Origin: a virus
Length of the DNA: 64,000 bases
Virus record (IMG/VR): IMGVR_UViG_3300035180_002599
Location: 29,310-93,309 of that record
Reading direction: 5' to 3' (one strand)
A program made the translations under genes and the position numbers. The number at the start of each line of letters is the position of its first letter. The stretch's first letter is position 1. Of the stretch, positions 1 to 9,731 are shown piece after piece. A model generated the notes under the pieces. It was given only the letters and a program-made list of their open reading frames with translations, had not been told where the DNA came from and searched no databases.

Positions 1-1490
1 TCAATGACGGTTATATCCGAGGTTTGGGTGCTGATATTGATAACGGTCGTATGGAACATACTGGAATACTTCCAATATTAAAAGCTCAAGAATCTGCAAC
101 CAAAGCATTCACTCAGGAGAGTAGAGGAGGTTCATCTACTAATTATTATCCTTTCTTTCATTATGAAGCTGAATTGATTATGCAATTGGGTAATGCTAAA
201 GGAACTGCAGACACTCGTGTTAGACATGCAGACCATACTATTGTATTCAATAAATTGTTTTTTGAGCGAATTGCAAATGGGCAAGATATTACATTATTTC
301 ACATAAATTCAGCTCCAAAATTGTATGACAATATTGGTTATAATGAAACATTTAAAGAGCTTTATGAACATTATGAAAGAACGGTTCCAGCAAAACATAA
401 AAAAACAATAAAAGCTTCTGCTTATAAAGACTTGTTTCATAATGAAAGATTTTTACAAGGTAGATTGTATTATATGTTTGCTGATAATGCAAACCAACAT
501 GGTATGTGGAAGATTCATGTAAATCAATCTAATCTTTGTTTAGAAATTATTGTTCCAGCTACACCTTTAGATTCAGAAACTCCAGAGGTTGGTGTTTGTA
601 TTTTAGCTGGATTACAACATGGATATTTAACAGATGAACGAGTTCCTGTAGCTTCAGAATTTTTAGTAAGATTCTTAGAAGAAATGATTGATTATATGGA
701 TTATACACATCCAGAGATTGAATACGCTGCAAAAAAACGTAGAACTTTAGGGATAGGACATTCAGATATTTTTCATTATTTAGCAAAAAACAAAATGTTT
801 TATAATACATTAGAAGGTCGAAATCTAATGCACAAACGTTATGAATTAGCTACATATTGGATGACCCGAACTAGTGTGGAAATAGCTAAAGAAAAAGGTC
901 CTTGTGAGTTATATAAAGACACCAAATATTCTGATGGTATGGTTACATTAGATGTGTATAAACGAACCGTAGATGAATTAGTAACAGAGCCTTTACATTG
1001 TGATTGGGATGGATTACGGGCAGATTTGAAAAAGTTTGGTATTAGACATAGCACATTGACTTCAAACCCACCTTTCGGTAATTCAGCTAAAACCGGAAAT
1101 GCAACATCAGGTGCAGAACCTCCTAGATTTTTGGCTACAGTTAAAGATGATAAAAAAGTTAAATTGACTCAATTGGTTCCTGAATATAATAAGCTCAAAA
1201 ATTATTATACTACGGCATGGGGAGAAGATTTCAATAATATTGATTACTTTAAGTTCATTGCAGTTCTTCAAAAATTCATAGATCAAAGTGTTAGCACTAA
1301 TCAATATACAAACCTATTGAGATATGAAGGTGGAAAAGTTCCAATGAGTGTATTGGAAGAAGAGTTTATCACTGCATATTATTATGGATTAAAAACCATG
1401 TATTATCAAAATTTTAGAAGCGATGATGGAGTTGATGGTATAGATGATGAAAAAGCAACAGGCTGCGGAAGCGGAGGGTGTGTCGTATAA
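1..1490 (+). CDS. nrdA: Class I ribonucleotide reductase alpha subunit, 5' end truncated by window edge
   Basis: QSNLCLEI thiyl-radical motif, LGIG, PPFGNS, GLKTMYY, C-terminal CGSGGC; frame is open to the window start. Confidence 0.96.
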   Translation, partial: NDGYIRGLGADIDNGRMEHTGILPILKAQESATKAFTQESRGGSSTNYYPFFHYEAELIMQLGNAKGTADTRVRHADHTIVFNKLFFERIANGQDITLFHINSAPKLYDNIGYNETFKELYEHYERTVPAKHKKTIKASAYKDLFHNERFLQGRLYYMFADNANQHGMWKIHVNQSNLCLEIIVPATPLDSETPEVGVCILAGLQHGYLTDERVPVASEFLVRFLEEMIDYMDYTHPEIEYAAKKRRTLGIGHSDIFHYLAKNKMFYNTLEGRNLMHKRYELATYWMTRTSVEIAKEKGPCELYKDTKYSDGMVTLDVYKRTVDELVTEPLHCDWDGLRADLKKFGIRHSTLTSNPPFGNSAKTGNATSGAEPPRFLATVKDDKKVKLTQLVPEYNKLKNYYTTAWGEDFNNIDYFKFIAVLQKFIDQSVSTNQYTNLLRYEGGKVPMSVLEEEFITAYYYGLKTMYYQNFRSDDGVDGIDDEKATGCGSGGCVV

Positions 1491-1500
1491 GGAAACCATA

Positions 1501-2010
1501 TTGGAAATGAACAAGGAGAATTGGGATATCCTCCTTGAACGTATTCAATATTTAAAAAATGAAGTTAGAAAGTACAAATATGATTTTCTAACTGGTCTAA
1601 AAATGAGAAAAGATTTTGATGGATATTTGAGAATTTTGTTTGAAATGTGTGATTTTGAAAATAGAGATTTCACAATAATTCTTATAGATATTGATGGATT
1701 ACATGATTTGAATAGAAATTCAGGTTACTCTAAAGGTGATGAACTTATTAAAACTGTTGCTGATTCATTAATTGTTTTCAAAGAATGTAATGGAACTGAG
1801 ATTTTTAGGATAGGTGGTGATGAATTTGGAATTCTAGTAAAAGGTCATGATGAATCCAAATTAGAGCAAGCCTTAAATAAATTAGAAAAATGTACTTGGG
1901 CATATACTCATGTAACTCCTGATAAAGATTTTGGGTCTCCAGCTCATGTATTTAAAATTACAGACGATAAAATAATTGCTAAGAAACTTGACAAAAACAC
2001 ATCTAGGTGA
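1501..2010 (+). CDS. Stand-alone GGDEF diguanylate cyclase
   Basis: YDFLTGL, IDIDGLHDLN, GYSKGDELI, FRIGGDEF motifs; short N-terminal coiled coil; start TTG 1501 or ATG 1507 after AAGGA. Confidence 0.9.
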   Translation: MEMNKENWDILLERIQYLKNEVRKYKYDFLTGLKMRKDFDGYLRILFEMCDFENRDFTIILIDIDGLHDLNRNSGYSKGDELIKTVADSLIVFKECNGTEIFRIGGDEFGILVKGHDESKLEQALNKLEKCTWAYTHVTPDKDFGSPAHVFKITDDKIIAKKLDKNTSR

Positions 2011-2014
2011 TATA

Positions 2015-2236
2015 ATGATTAATAAACGAGAAGCGTTGCTTAATGAAATTATGAAAGATACACCGATAAGAAAAACCAAATTTAGGGATATATATCCTAA
2101 AGAAATAATTTTAGAAAAAGTCGTTGAACGAAGTTCATTTTGTTTAAATTGTCTATCAGCTAAAGAAATAGAGTTATTATGGAACGAAAATAGAAGGAGG
2201 ATAGATGAAAGATCTTTATCAGAAAATAAACAATAA
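2015..2236 (+). CDS. Hypothetical protein
   Basis: ORF in a tightly packed + strand run; AGGTGA upstream of ATG. Confidence 0.6.
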   Translation: MINKREALLNEIMKDTPIRKTKFRDIYPKEIILEKVVERSSFCLNCLSAKEIELLWNENRRRIDERSLSENKQ

Positions 2237-2585
2237 AAACTATTTAGTTATTCATCTTAGAAGCTCATGGGCTAAAGCTAGAGGTTATTCTTCTTTTTAT
2301 AAAATAAGAAGCTTGGAGTACGTATCTGGAAATTTCGATACTGGGTTTTCTTATGGCCCTCCAATCTTATTATCAATGGCTAAATTGAAAATAAAAACTA
2401 GAATGGGTTGTATGTTTTTTAAATTGGATAAAATAGATATTGAATATTCATTATTTGAAAATTTTGATGATGCTGTAGAGTGTTTAGCAACTGAGAAAAA
2501 TTCTAGAATAGTTAGGTCTCCATTTGAATCTATTACAAAAATGAATAATTACCTTTATAAGCGAAGACCTTGGGTATTCCTTTAA
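2205..2585 (+). CDS. Hypothetical protein (C-terminal RPWVFL)
   Basis: ORF preceded by AAGGAGG. Confidence 0.7.
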   Translation: MKDLYQKINNKNYLVIHLRSSWAKARGYSSFYKIRSLEYVSGNFDTGFSYGPPILLSMAKLKIKTRMGCMFFKLDKIDIEYSLFENFDDAVECLATEKNSRIVRSPFESITKMNNYLYKRRPWVFL

Positions 2586-2598
2586 TTTAATCAGTTTT

Positions 2599-2619
2599 TA
2601 AGATAACTTATGTTATAAT
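2599..2619 (+). promoter_or_regulatory. Early sigma70-type promoter TAAG-N8-TGtTATAAT
   Basis: taagataacttatgttataat upstream of the HU gene; the same motif recurs many times in the window. Confidence 0.7.
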
Positions 2620-2648
2620 AATTATTCAATAAAACAAAAAGGATTCAA

Positions 2649-2924
2649 ATGAATAAAGCGCAACTAATCGAGACGTTGGCATCTAAACTTGATGTAAATA
2701 AAACAGAAGCGGGTCGTGTTCTTGACACAGTTCTTTCTACAATTATCGAAGGTACAAAAACTGACGGAGAATGTGTAGTTCCAGGTCTAGGTAAATTGGT
2801 AGTGACTGAAACTGCAGCACGTTCTGGTGTTTCAAAAATGGGCGGCGTTGAAAAAGCTTGGACAAAACCAGCTGGTAAAAAAATCAGTCTCAAATTGTCA
2901 AAAGAAGGAAAAGAAGCTCTCTAA
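2649..2924 (+). CDS. hup: HU-family histone-like DNA-binding protein
   Basis: MNKAQLIETLA start, PGLGKL, arm region ending PAGKKISLKLSK; 91 aa. Confidence 0.9.
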   Translation: MNKAQLIETLASKLDVNKTEAGRVLDTVLSTIIEGTKTDGECVVPGLGKLVVTETAARSGVSKMGGVEKAWTKPAGKKISLKLSKEGKEAL

Positions 2925-2984
2925 GAGCTTCACGCTTATTTAAGGTTTATTAGTAAGTTTTAAATAATCGTAGAAGGAAAGAAT

Positions 2985-3794
2985 ATGACTGCAGAAAAGT
3001 TTTTTTGTATCAAATGCGAATATATAATGAAAGAACATAAATGTCCGCGTTGTAATCAGAATACATTTATTGTAGGTAAAAACACAAGATTTCCCTCTAA
3101 TCCTAGAACAGAGGATTATAGACATATTGCTTTGTGTTTAGATTCTTATATTGACTCATACAATTTAGATGATTTGCCTCGTGTTGAAGCTTATATTAAG
3201 AAATACAGAAAAGAAACTAAAACTGATTTTGAAAAATTACGTGAACAAAAAAAGAAAGAATTGAATGATAAGCTATTTACTATTAATGATTCATTTACTA
3301 CTAATTATTCATTAGACGGAATTAGAAGAGAAGCAATGTGGAGAGATGATGTTTATAAAATCCCTAAACATATTAGTGATTTTTTAAGAGATTCTATATT
3401 ACTACCTAACGTGAGAATACTTGATGAGAAAGAGGTATATTTTTCAAATATAGCATTCTTATATAATGAATATTCATATGAAGGTGATTTTTCTCCAAAA
3501 GATCTTTTCAAGATCTATAAATGTAAACCTTATTCTAAAAGTGGTGAGCTTATATTAACAAACGGGTTAAAAAACAGATCCCAGAATTATATAAATTTCT
3601 TCTTTAGAACAGAGTTAGAGGCTCAACTTGCAAATGAGTTAATTGCGGATGAATATAAAAATTTGTTAGCACATGTACCTGCAAAATTTAAGAAACATCC
3701 TGACTTATTGAAGTACATTCAACAATGTGATATTTTTACTAAAAAATATAATGGACCTAAATTACATGATTTAATGCCAGAATATTATCTATAA
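2985..3794 (+). CDS. Hypothetical protein with N-terminal Zn ribbon
   Basis: CIKC...CPRC; ends MPEYYL. Confidence 0.7.
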   Translation: MTAEKFFCIKCEYIMKEHKCPRCNQNTFIVGKNTRFPSNPRTEDYRHIALCLDSYIDSYNLDDLPRVEAYIKKYRKETKTDFEKLREQKKKELNDKLFTINDSFTTNYSLDGIRREAMWRDDVYKIPKHISDFLRDSILLPNVRILDEKEVYFSNIAFLYNEYSYEGDFSPKDLFKIYKCKPYSKSGELILTNGLKNRSQNYINFFFRTELEAQLANELIADEYKNLLAHVPAKFKKHPDLLKYIQQCDIFTKKYNGPKLHDLMPEYYL

Positions 3795-3839
3795 TTAATT
3801 ATTAAAATGATATAATACAAAAAGAAAGAAGGAGAGTTT

Positions 3840-4679
3840 ATGGAAGTAATAACTGTAGAAATGTATAAATGTAGCATTTGTAAAAAAACTCATACTACAA
3901 AAAAATCAGCATTATCTTGTCAGGTTAATTGTAGAAAGAAAGCTAAAGAAAATGAAAAAAGAAAAAAAGCTTTTGAAAAATCTGAATCCATTAGATTGAC
4001 TGCAACTTCTCTTAAAGACATTTTTGTAAAATTAAATGAATATCTAAGAGAATATCACCAAGTTCGGATAGATTTCGATTCTTATCCTTCTAGAATTGGT
4101 ATGCAATCAATAACACATAACGCTCCAATTGGGGTAAGAACCAGTTGGACTTCAAATGATTCAGAGGGAAAGCCAACGTCATATCTAGCATTTACAGGAA
4201 GATGGGAAGGAACTGTGTTTAATTTAGACGGAACATTAAGTTCCAAAACATTTGGAGAATTGATTGGAACCTTCAGCTCTAATTCATTTAGATTTTTACA
4301 TACCGGAACGGGTTCTTCTGGAACTAAATTTTCAATCGATGGGTGTATGTTTTTACAAGATTTCCCAATCATTCATAGTAAATATGAGTTGTTCATGCAA
4401 CTTAAAAGAGTTAAGGAAGATATTGAGTTAGCTAGAACTCAAGCAATAAAAACTCATGCATTTAATTTGAACAAAGCTATAACCGAAGACCCTGATGTTT
4501 TAGAATTAAAAAAAGTAGAGCAAGAATTACTTAGTAATTTGAGCTCTTTGCGGGGATATATTTCTGAGGTAATTGAAGAGAAGCGAGTTCAATATGAACC
4601 AGATTTTAAACATCTTTTGGAAATACAAGATAATTTTGATGAGGTGAAATTCAATGAACTTAAATACTCACTTATCTAA
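3840..4679 (+). CDS. Hypothetical protein with N-terminal Zn finger
   Basis: YKCSICKK...C; own promoter tgatataat at about 3808 and GGAG RBS. Confidence 0.7.
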   Translation: MEVITVEMYKCSICKKTHTTKKSALSCQVNCRKKAKENEKRKKAFEKSESIRLTATSLKDIFVKLNEYLREYHQVRIDFDSYPSRIGMQSITHNAPIGVRTSWTSNDSEGKPTSYLAFTGRWEGTVFNLDGTLSSKTFGELIGTFSSNSFRFLHTGTGSSGTKFSIDGCMFLQDFPIIHSKYELFMQLKRVKEDIELARTQAIKTHAFNLNKAITEDPDVLELKKVEQELLSNLSSLRGYISEVIEEKRVQYEPDFKHLLEIQDNFDEVKFNELKYSLI

Positions 4680-4899
4680 TTTATTAAAAAGCCCTTTATG
4701 GGATAAATTGATTGATGAGAAGCCTGAGATTCTTTTATATAAAGATCCTGTTGAGATAAAACTAATTAAAGTTCAATATTCTGGAACTAACATTAATAGT
4801 TCTGGAAATTCGTTATTAACTTCAGGAGATTTAGATATATCAGAATATTATAAATTTAAAAAGAATGAATCTAAAGGCCGTGTATTATACTTACAATAA
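4654..4899 (+). CDS. Hypothetical protein
   Basis: ORF with GAGGTG upstream. Confidence 0.55.
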   Translation: MNLNTHLSNLLKSPLWDKLIDEKPEILLYKDPVEIKLIKVQYSGTNINSSGNSLLTSGDLDISEYYKFKKNESKGRVLYLQ

Positions 4900-4911
4900 A
4901 AGGAAAATAAC

Positions 4912-5367
4912 ATGATTAATATCAAACAAGGTGATATAACTGAAGCTACAGAGGATTTGATAGCCCATCAAGTCAATTGTAAAAATGTTATGGGATCTGG
5001 AGTGGCTAAGGCTCTATTTACAAAATATCCAGATGTATTGGCTAAATATCGTTGGTTCAATGAAAGAACTGAAGAACATGAACTATTAGGGAAAGTTGAT
5101 ATTTTCACAGCATTCTCTAAAGATCATTCTACTTCCAAGAAAATAGCTAACTGTTATTCTCAATTTGATTATGGTTCAGATGGGAAATTATACACCGATT
5201 ATAATGCGGTTAACAAATGTTTCAAATATATTGCAGAGAACTTCAAAGGAACCGTTGCAGTCCCTTATCTTTATGGATGCGGATTAGGCGGAGGAGATTG
5301 GTCTATTGTGTATTCATTGATTGTAGCTAATCTTGGCAATCGAGTTACTTTTTATAAGTTGGATTAA
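4912..5367 (+). CDS. Macrodomain ADP-ribose hydrolase (T4 Tk.4/TARG1/DarG-like)
   Basis: GDI, IAHQVNC..MGSGVA, PYLYGCGLGGGDW. Confidence 0.92.
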   Translation: MINIKQGDITEATEDLIAHQVNCKNVMGSGVAKALFTKYPDVLAKYRWFNERTEEHELLGKVDIFTAFSKDHSTSKKIANCYSQFDYGSDGKLYTDYNAVNKCFKYIAENFKGTVAVPYLYGCGLGGGDWSIVYSLIVANLGNRVTFYKLD

Positions 5368-5774
5368 TGAAAGTTTTATATACAATCTATAGAGATCTTA
5401 GAAAAAGATTCAACAATTGCACATCAGTTAGCGTTGAAGTTTTTGTTGCTATTTTGTTGTTCGGTGTAGGTTCTTTATTTTTCTCTTTGGTTCAAATTAT
5501 AATACAATTGTTATACTTTATCATTGTTTTAGAAATTACCAGAATGGTGATTGAATACATAAAATCTAAAGAACATAGAGTAAAAATTAGGTATTTGATT
5601 GATGCAGCTATAATTGCTGGCATTAGAGAAATTATCATTATAGTTGTAGATTCTCACAAAATACAAGAACATGTCAATCAGTTGGTCATATATGGATTAA
5701 TCACTTTTGTTTTATTAATTATGCGAGTAATAGCTATATTTGGTTCTCCAGATGAAGTTAAATGTAACGTTTAA
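5367..5774 (+). CDS. PsiE-family membrane protein
   Basis: Four hydrophobic helices; LEITRMVIEY and RYLIDAAIIAGIREII. Confidence 0.75.
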   Translation: MKVLYTIYRDLRKRFNNCTSVSVEVFVAILLFGVGSLFFSLVQIIIQLLYFIIVLEITRMVIEYIKSKEHRVKIRYLIDAAIIAGIREIIIIVVDSHKIQEHVNQLVIYGLITFVLLIMRVIAIFGSPDEVKCNV

Positions 5775-5902
5775 AAATTAATTAATGATTGTTTTGATAT
5801 AATTATAAAAAGAAGGATAGATATGTTCAAATTTTGTTCTAAATGTTGTTCTATGGTATTAGTAAAAAACCATTCATGCACTGTATGTGGAAAGGTTTTG
5901 TA

Positions 5903-6328
5903 ATGGCGAAATATATTGGAAATGTAGTTGTTATTGAAGAAACTAATCTTCCTGCGTTGTTTTATTTTAAGTATTTGGCTGAATCATATGATAAAGAAAC
6001 TAAATGTCCACCCGTTCAATATTATGACGAAATTGATAAACAAGGTTTGGACAAAACCTTCACAATGATGTTAGAAGAAACGGATTCAATAGATAAAACA
6101 TCTGAATCCGAAATTAGATCATCTATTATAAGAAAAATGAATACTATAATCCAAGACGTAACAAAAACTGTTTGGCACGGATTCAAATACAATGTAATTC
6201 ATGAAAATGTAAAAGATGAAGGTCTTGCAAAGAAGCAATCGCAAGTTATTGCTAAAATGATTAAAAATCATGAAGCTCCTTATGATGATATTTTTACAAA
6301 ATACACCGTAACTATTATTCAAGGATAA
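5903..6328 (+). CDS. Hypothetical protein
   Basis: ORF; probable start MAKYIG. Confidence 0.65.
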   Translation: MAKYIGNVVVIEETNLPALFYFKYLAESYDKETKCPPVQYYDEIDKQGLDKTFTMMLEETDSIDKTSESEIRSSIIRKMNTIIQDVTKTVWHGFKYNVIHENVKDEGLAKKQSQVIAKMIKNHEAPYDDIFTKYTVTIIQG

Positions 6329-6333
6329 ACTGA

Positions 6334-6693
6334 ATGACTGAAATAACTAAAGAGATTGTAGTATATTTATCTGAAGATGGTAAAGAGTTTTTATCTAGAT
6401 ATGATTGTGTAAAACATGAGGAAAAAATGAAAGAGGTTGCAGAACGTTATGCATATCTTTCCGAATTCATAACAAAAGAAATGAATTATTTCTTTAAAAG
6501 AGATTCAACTAATTTATTTAAAGTTACGGCTTATGATGATGATCTTACAATAGAAACTTTATGGGACGGTCATTATAGTGAATTAGATGGGGATTTTGAT
6601 ATTGATTATAGTTTATGGGATCCATTTAAACGAATGATCCGGATAAAATATGGATATGATATAAAAACGCCTTCTTGGTATTGGGGAAAATAA
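6334..6693 (+). CDS. Hypothetical protein
   Basis: YLSEDGKEFLSRYDCVKHE, a common phage N-terminal motif. Confidence 0.7.
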   Translation: MTEITKEIVVYLSEDGKEFLSRYDCVKHEEKMKEVAERYAYLSEFITKEMNYFFKRDSTNLFKVTAYDDDLTIETLWDGHYSELDGDFDIDYSLWDPFKRMIRIKYGYDIKTPSWYWGK

Positions 6694-6807
6694 TGTCAAT
6701 ACAAAAAGAAGTATTTGAAATTTTAGAAAGAGATTCTACAATGAGATCTAAATTTACTTGGTATCGGTTCAATATTCAAGATGATTTTTTAATAATGGGT
6801 ATATACA

Positions 6808-7209
6808 ATGAAAAATAACATTTCTGACTTTAAGATAAACTCATTTGCCCAAGCAGTATATTTTTCAAATAATCAACGAACCCGATATGTTTTTAAAATA
6901 TCTTCTATAGGTGAAGAATATGATTACAAAACGTCAAAACCTTATATCGTTTTATATGATGGTGAATGGGATCATTATAATGATGAGCCGGTTTATTATG
7001 ATTTAAAGGATTGTGAGCCTTGGGTCCCAGAAAAAGGAGAATTTTGTTGGTTTTGGGATAATGATAAAAATATTTCACATCCTAGAAAATTTGATAAGAT
7101 GGATGAAACAAATCCTAAATTATATCAGCCTGAAGAATCCGTAATGGGGTTTAAATTCTGTGAGCCGTTTTTTGGAACTCTCCCTTCACCTTTAGATAAC
7201 ACTGATTAG
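6808..7209 (+). CDS. Hypothetical protein
   Basis: Trp/Cys-rich WVPEKGEFCWFW...CEPF motif; true start may lie upstream. Confidence 0.65.
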   Translation: MKNNISDFKINSFAQAVYFSNNQRTRYVFKISSIGEEYDYKTSKPYIVLYDGEWDHYNDEPVYYDLKDCEPWVPEKGEFCWFWDNDKNISHPRKFDKMDETNPKLYQPEESVMGFKFCEPFFGTLPSPLDNTD

Positions 7210-7230
7210 TTGAAATATTTTATTTTTCTT

Positions 7231-7280
7231 TAAGTCTATTTTGATATAATTATTGTATAAAAAGAAAAGAAGGATAGAAA
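7231..7280 (+). repeat. Early promoter plus leader/RBS cassette, copy 1 of 5
   Basis: taag-N7-tgatataattattgtat.aaaagaaaagaagga; near-identical at about 10771, 37146, 40979 and 57902. Confidence 0.85.
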
Positions 7281-7859
7281 ATGAGATTCAAATACACAAG
7301 AGAAATGTATGTTGGTGATGCGGTTAAATCAGTTGAAGATTTAGATACACAAGTAACAGCGTTTTATCGCCAATCAATTAACAATCAACCAGTAGCTATT
7401 GTATTTGTTGGAAAATCAACTAAACCCTTCGCAAGATATGCATTTAAAAATGAACAAGAACGTTCTAAATATGTTCAAGATATCATTGATGCAAGAGCAG
7501 CTCGTATTAAAGAAAATCAAGTATACAAAGCTGAACAAAAAGCTAAAAATGTTGTAAAAGCACAAGAAGTTCAAGTCGGTGACATTTTTCATTGTGGCTG
7601 GGGTTATTCAATGTCGTTGAATGATTTCTATCAAGTCATTGCTAAAAAAGGTAACAAAGTAACTGTTCGAGAAATTGGTTCTGAATATGTTAGCGGTGAC
7701 TGGATGGGCGGACAAGTTAAATGTATTCCAAATTCATTCGCTTCAGGAAGCGAAGAAATGACAAAATTGTTAAAAGGTGACTCATTTAAAGTTTCAGATT
7801 CGCGATATGCTTATAAATTCGACCCATCACAAACTTGTTATGAAAGTCATGCAGACTAA
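7281..7859 (+). CDS. Hypothetical early protein
   Basis: ORF directly behind the repeated promoter cassette; VGDIFHCGWGY...DFYQV motif. Confidence 0.8.
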   Translation: MRFKYTREMYVGDAVKSVEDLDTQVTAFYRQSINNQPVAIVFVGKSTKPFARYAFKNEQERSKYVQDIIDARAARIKENQVYKAEQKAKNVVKAQEVQVGDIFHCGWGYSMSLNDFYQVIAKKGNKVTVREIGSEYVSGDWMGGQVKCIPNSFASGSEEMTKLLKGDSFKVSDSRYAYKFDPSQTCYESHAD

Positions 7860-7868
7860 GGGATAAAA

Positions 7869-8246
7869 ATGAAATTGGCAGTAATAGGTAGTCGGGGTTT
7901 CAATGATTATGAATTATTGAAACTTCATTTAAATAACGTTATTCAAAATAACAGAGTAACTCATATTGTTTCTGGCGGAGCTTTAGGTGCGGATAGTTTA
8001 GCTGAAAGATTTGCCAAAGAAAATAATATTGAAACTCTTATATTTTTGCCCGATTGGAAAACACACGGAAAAGCTGCGGGATTTATCCGAAACAAAGATA
8101 TAGTTTCTAACGCAGATATGGTAGTTGCTTTTTGGGATGGAAAATCTAAAGGGACTAAACATTCAATTGATTTAGCTAATAAATCAAAAACACCGTTGCT
8201 TATTGTTGAAACTTCTAATAATTTAGGTTTGTTTGATATGTTCTGA
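7869..8246 (+). CDS. SLOG-superfamily protein (DUF2493/YspA-like)
   Basis: GSRGF, SGGALGAD, GKAAGFIRN, AFWDGKSKGT. Confidence 0.9.
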   Translation: MKLAVIGSRGFNDYELLKLHLNNVIQNNRVTHIVSGGALGADSLAERFAKENNIETLIFLPDWKTHGKAAGFIRNKDIVSNADMVVAFWDGKSKGTKHSIDLANKSKTPLLIVETSNNLGLFDMF

Positions 8247-8276
8247 TAAATACCATAAAATATCTGGATATAACAA

Positions 8277-9044
8277 ATGAAATTTAGCGAATTTGAATCT
8301 ACACTAAACCTTCTAGAAAAAATCAAGGTAGATAATGGTTCTTTGGTATTTGATTACAAAGATAAAGGTAAAGGTGTAAGCAAAACATCTATAGGTACTA
8401 GTTTTGGAAAATCCAAACTAAAACCTTATGCAAAATCAGACTCCATATTGAACGGCAAAACTGTGTTTAGTGTATATCAATCTTCAGGAGCTACTGAGAT
8501 AATGGCTGCACTGAAAGGTAAAAATGATATAAATGTAGATTCTGAAGATTATGTTCATTTTATAAATCGAACGGCAATTTATCTTTATAAAGTTCTACAA
8601 GATAAAAAAATTGACATAATTATGTCGCCTAAATCTAGTTCGCCTTTGGTTGATGATTTATTAGATGCAGTAAAAGAAAGATTGCCCCATATAATAACAT
8701 ATAAAGCTGTATTTGAAAAAATTCCTAAAGAAGCTATAAAAGATGTTTATATGGAAGATGATCCAAGGGTTACTGATAAAATTAGAAAATCTTTTGAAGC
8801 TATTAAGAAAGCCGCAATTAAAAAGGGATATTTTGCAATGGTTAAAATAGATCCGCCGTTTCGTAGATTTGTTAGAGGTTTTTTTCAAGAAATTGACCCA
8901 AAAATCGTAGCTAAGTGTGAAGATAAAAATGTAGCTTTATTAGATGATGTTATAGCTTCAGGTACAACTATTTCAGAAATGATGAGAATGATAGGGGCGG
9001 CAGGAGCTAAAGATGTCATGGGTATTACTATTTTTAAATCTTAA
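8277..9044 (+). CDS. Type I phosphoribosyltransferase-fold protein
   Basis: PRPP-binding loop VALLDDVIASGTT; PKSSS; late-promoter-like GATAAATA at 8245-8252. Confidence 0.8.
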   Translation: MKFSEFESTLNLLEKIKVDNGSLVFDYKDKGKGVSKTSIGTSFGKSKLKPYAKSDSILNGKTVFSVYQSSGATEIMAALKGKNDINVDSEDYVHFINRTAIYLYKVLQDKKIDIIMSPKSSSPLVDDLLDAVKERLPHIITYKAVFEKIPKEAIKDVYMEDDPRVTDKIRKSFEAIKKAAIKKGYFAMVKIDPPFRRFVRGFFQEIDPKIVAKCEDKNVALLDDVIASGTTISEMMRMIGAAGAKDVMGITIFKS

Positions 9045-9053
9045 AGGGTTTAA

Positions 9054-9305
9054 ATGCTTTTTAATATAAAATTATCACCATTAACGGACAAATATTATTT
9101 CTCTACAGAAAATTATGAAATAGAAGCTAAAAATAAAAAAGAAGCTTTTAAAATAATTAATAAAGATTCTAGAGTTAAACATTTATTGGATAATGAGTTT
9201 GCAGAAGTTTCTATCACCAAAAAAAGTTTATCTTTTGGTGATATTTTATTGAAGAAATATGGATCCGAAATAAAATTTAGAGATTTATTATTCAGTGTCA
9301 ATTGA
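9054..9305 (+). CDS. Hypothetical protein
   Basis: YEIEAKNKKEA motif typical of small phage proteins. Confidence 0.55.
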   Translation: MLFNIKLSPLTDKYYFSTENYEIEAKNKKEAFKIINKDSRVKHLLDNEFAEVSITKKSLSFGDILLKKYGSEIKFRDLLFSVN

Positions 9306-9731
9306 AAATTTTCTTTTCATATATCTAATAGCAGGCAATAATCCTTCTTCTCCCTCTGCTTCTAAATTCCTCATAGCTTCCAAAGTTTTTTGTTTTTGAA
9401 TATCATCCAGTTTATTAAATAATTCATCATATTCATCTTGTAGAGATCTAGAAGCTTTGCTAGATTGTTTCAAGTATTTGAGCCACAATTTTGAAAGCTC
9501 CACAGTTGCGGCTGTTTTGGAATGAAATGGTTCAGTTTCATATTCTCCAGTATAATATTTGTCTTTGAAAATTCTACCTACGTACATACCTTGATCGTCT
9601 TTAAATATTTCAGCGTTTATTTGTTTATTGTTGTTAAACACATCAAATACTTCTTGATTGGTGATAAATTTATTTTTCTTAATAGTTAAACTAACCTCGG
9701 GATTTACCTTTACAAAGTCACTAAAATTCAT
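9288..9731 (-). CDS. Putative internal virion protein; paralog of 9731-10165
   Basis: MNFSDFV leader; SLQDEYDELF helix similar to neighbour. Confidence 0.65.
   Translation of the reverse strand: MNFSDFVKVNPEVSLTIKKNKFITNQEVFDVFNNNKQINAEIFKDDQGMYVGRIFKDKYYTGEYETEPFHSKTAATVELSKLWLKYLKQSSKASRSLQDEYDELFNKLDDIQKQKTLEAMRNLEAEGEEGLLPAIRYMKRKFSIDTE

Noticed and set aside
8277-9044. PRTase as the Adps enzyme of the NARP1 NAD+ reconstitution pathway
   Set aside because: Lacks the two-domain PRPP-synthetase architecture and no NAMPT-like partner is in the window
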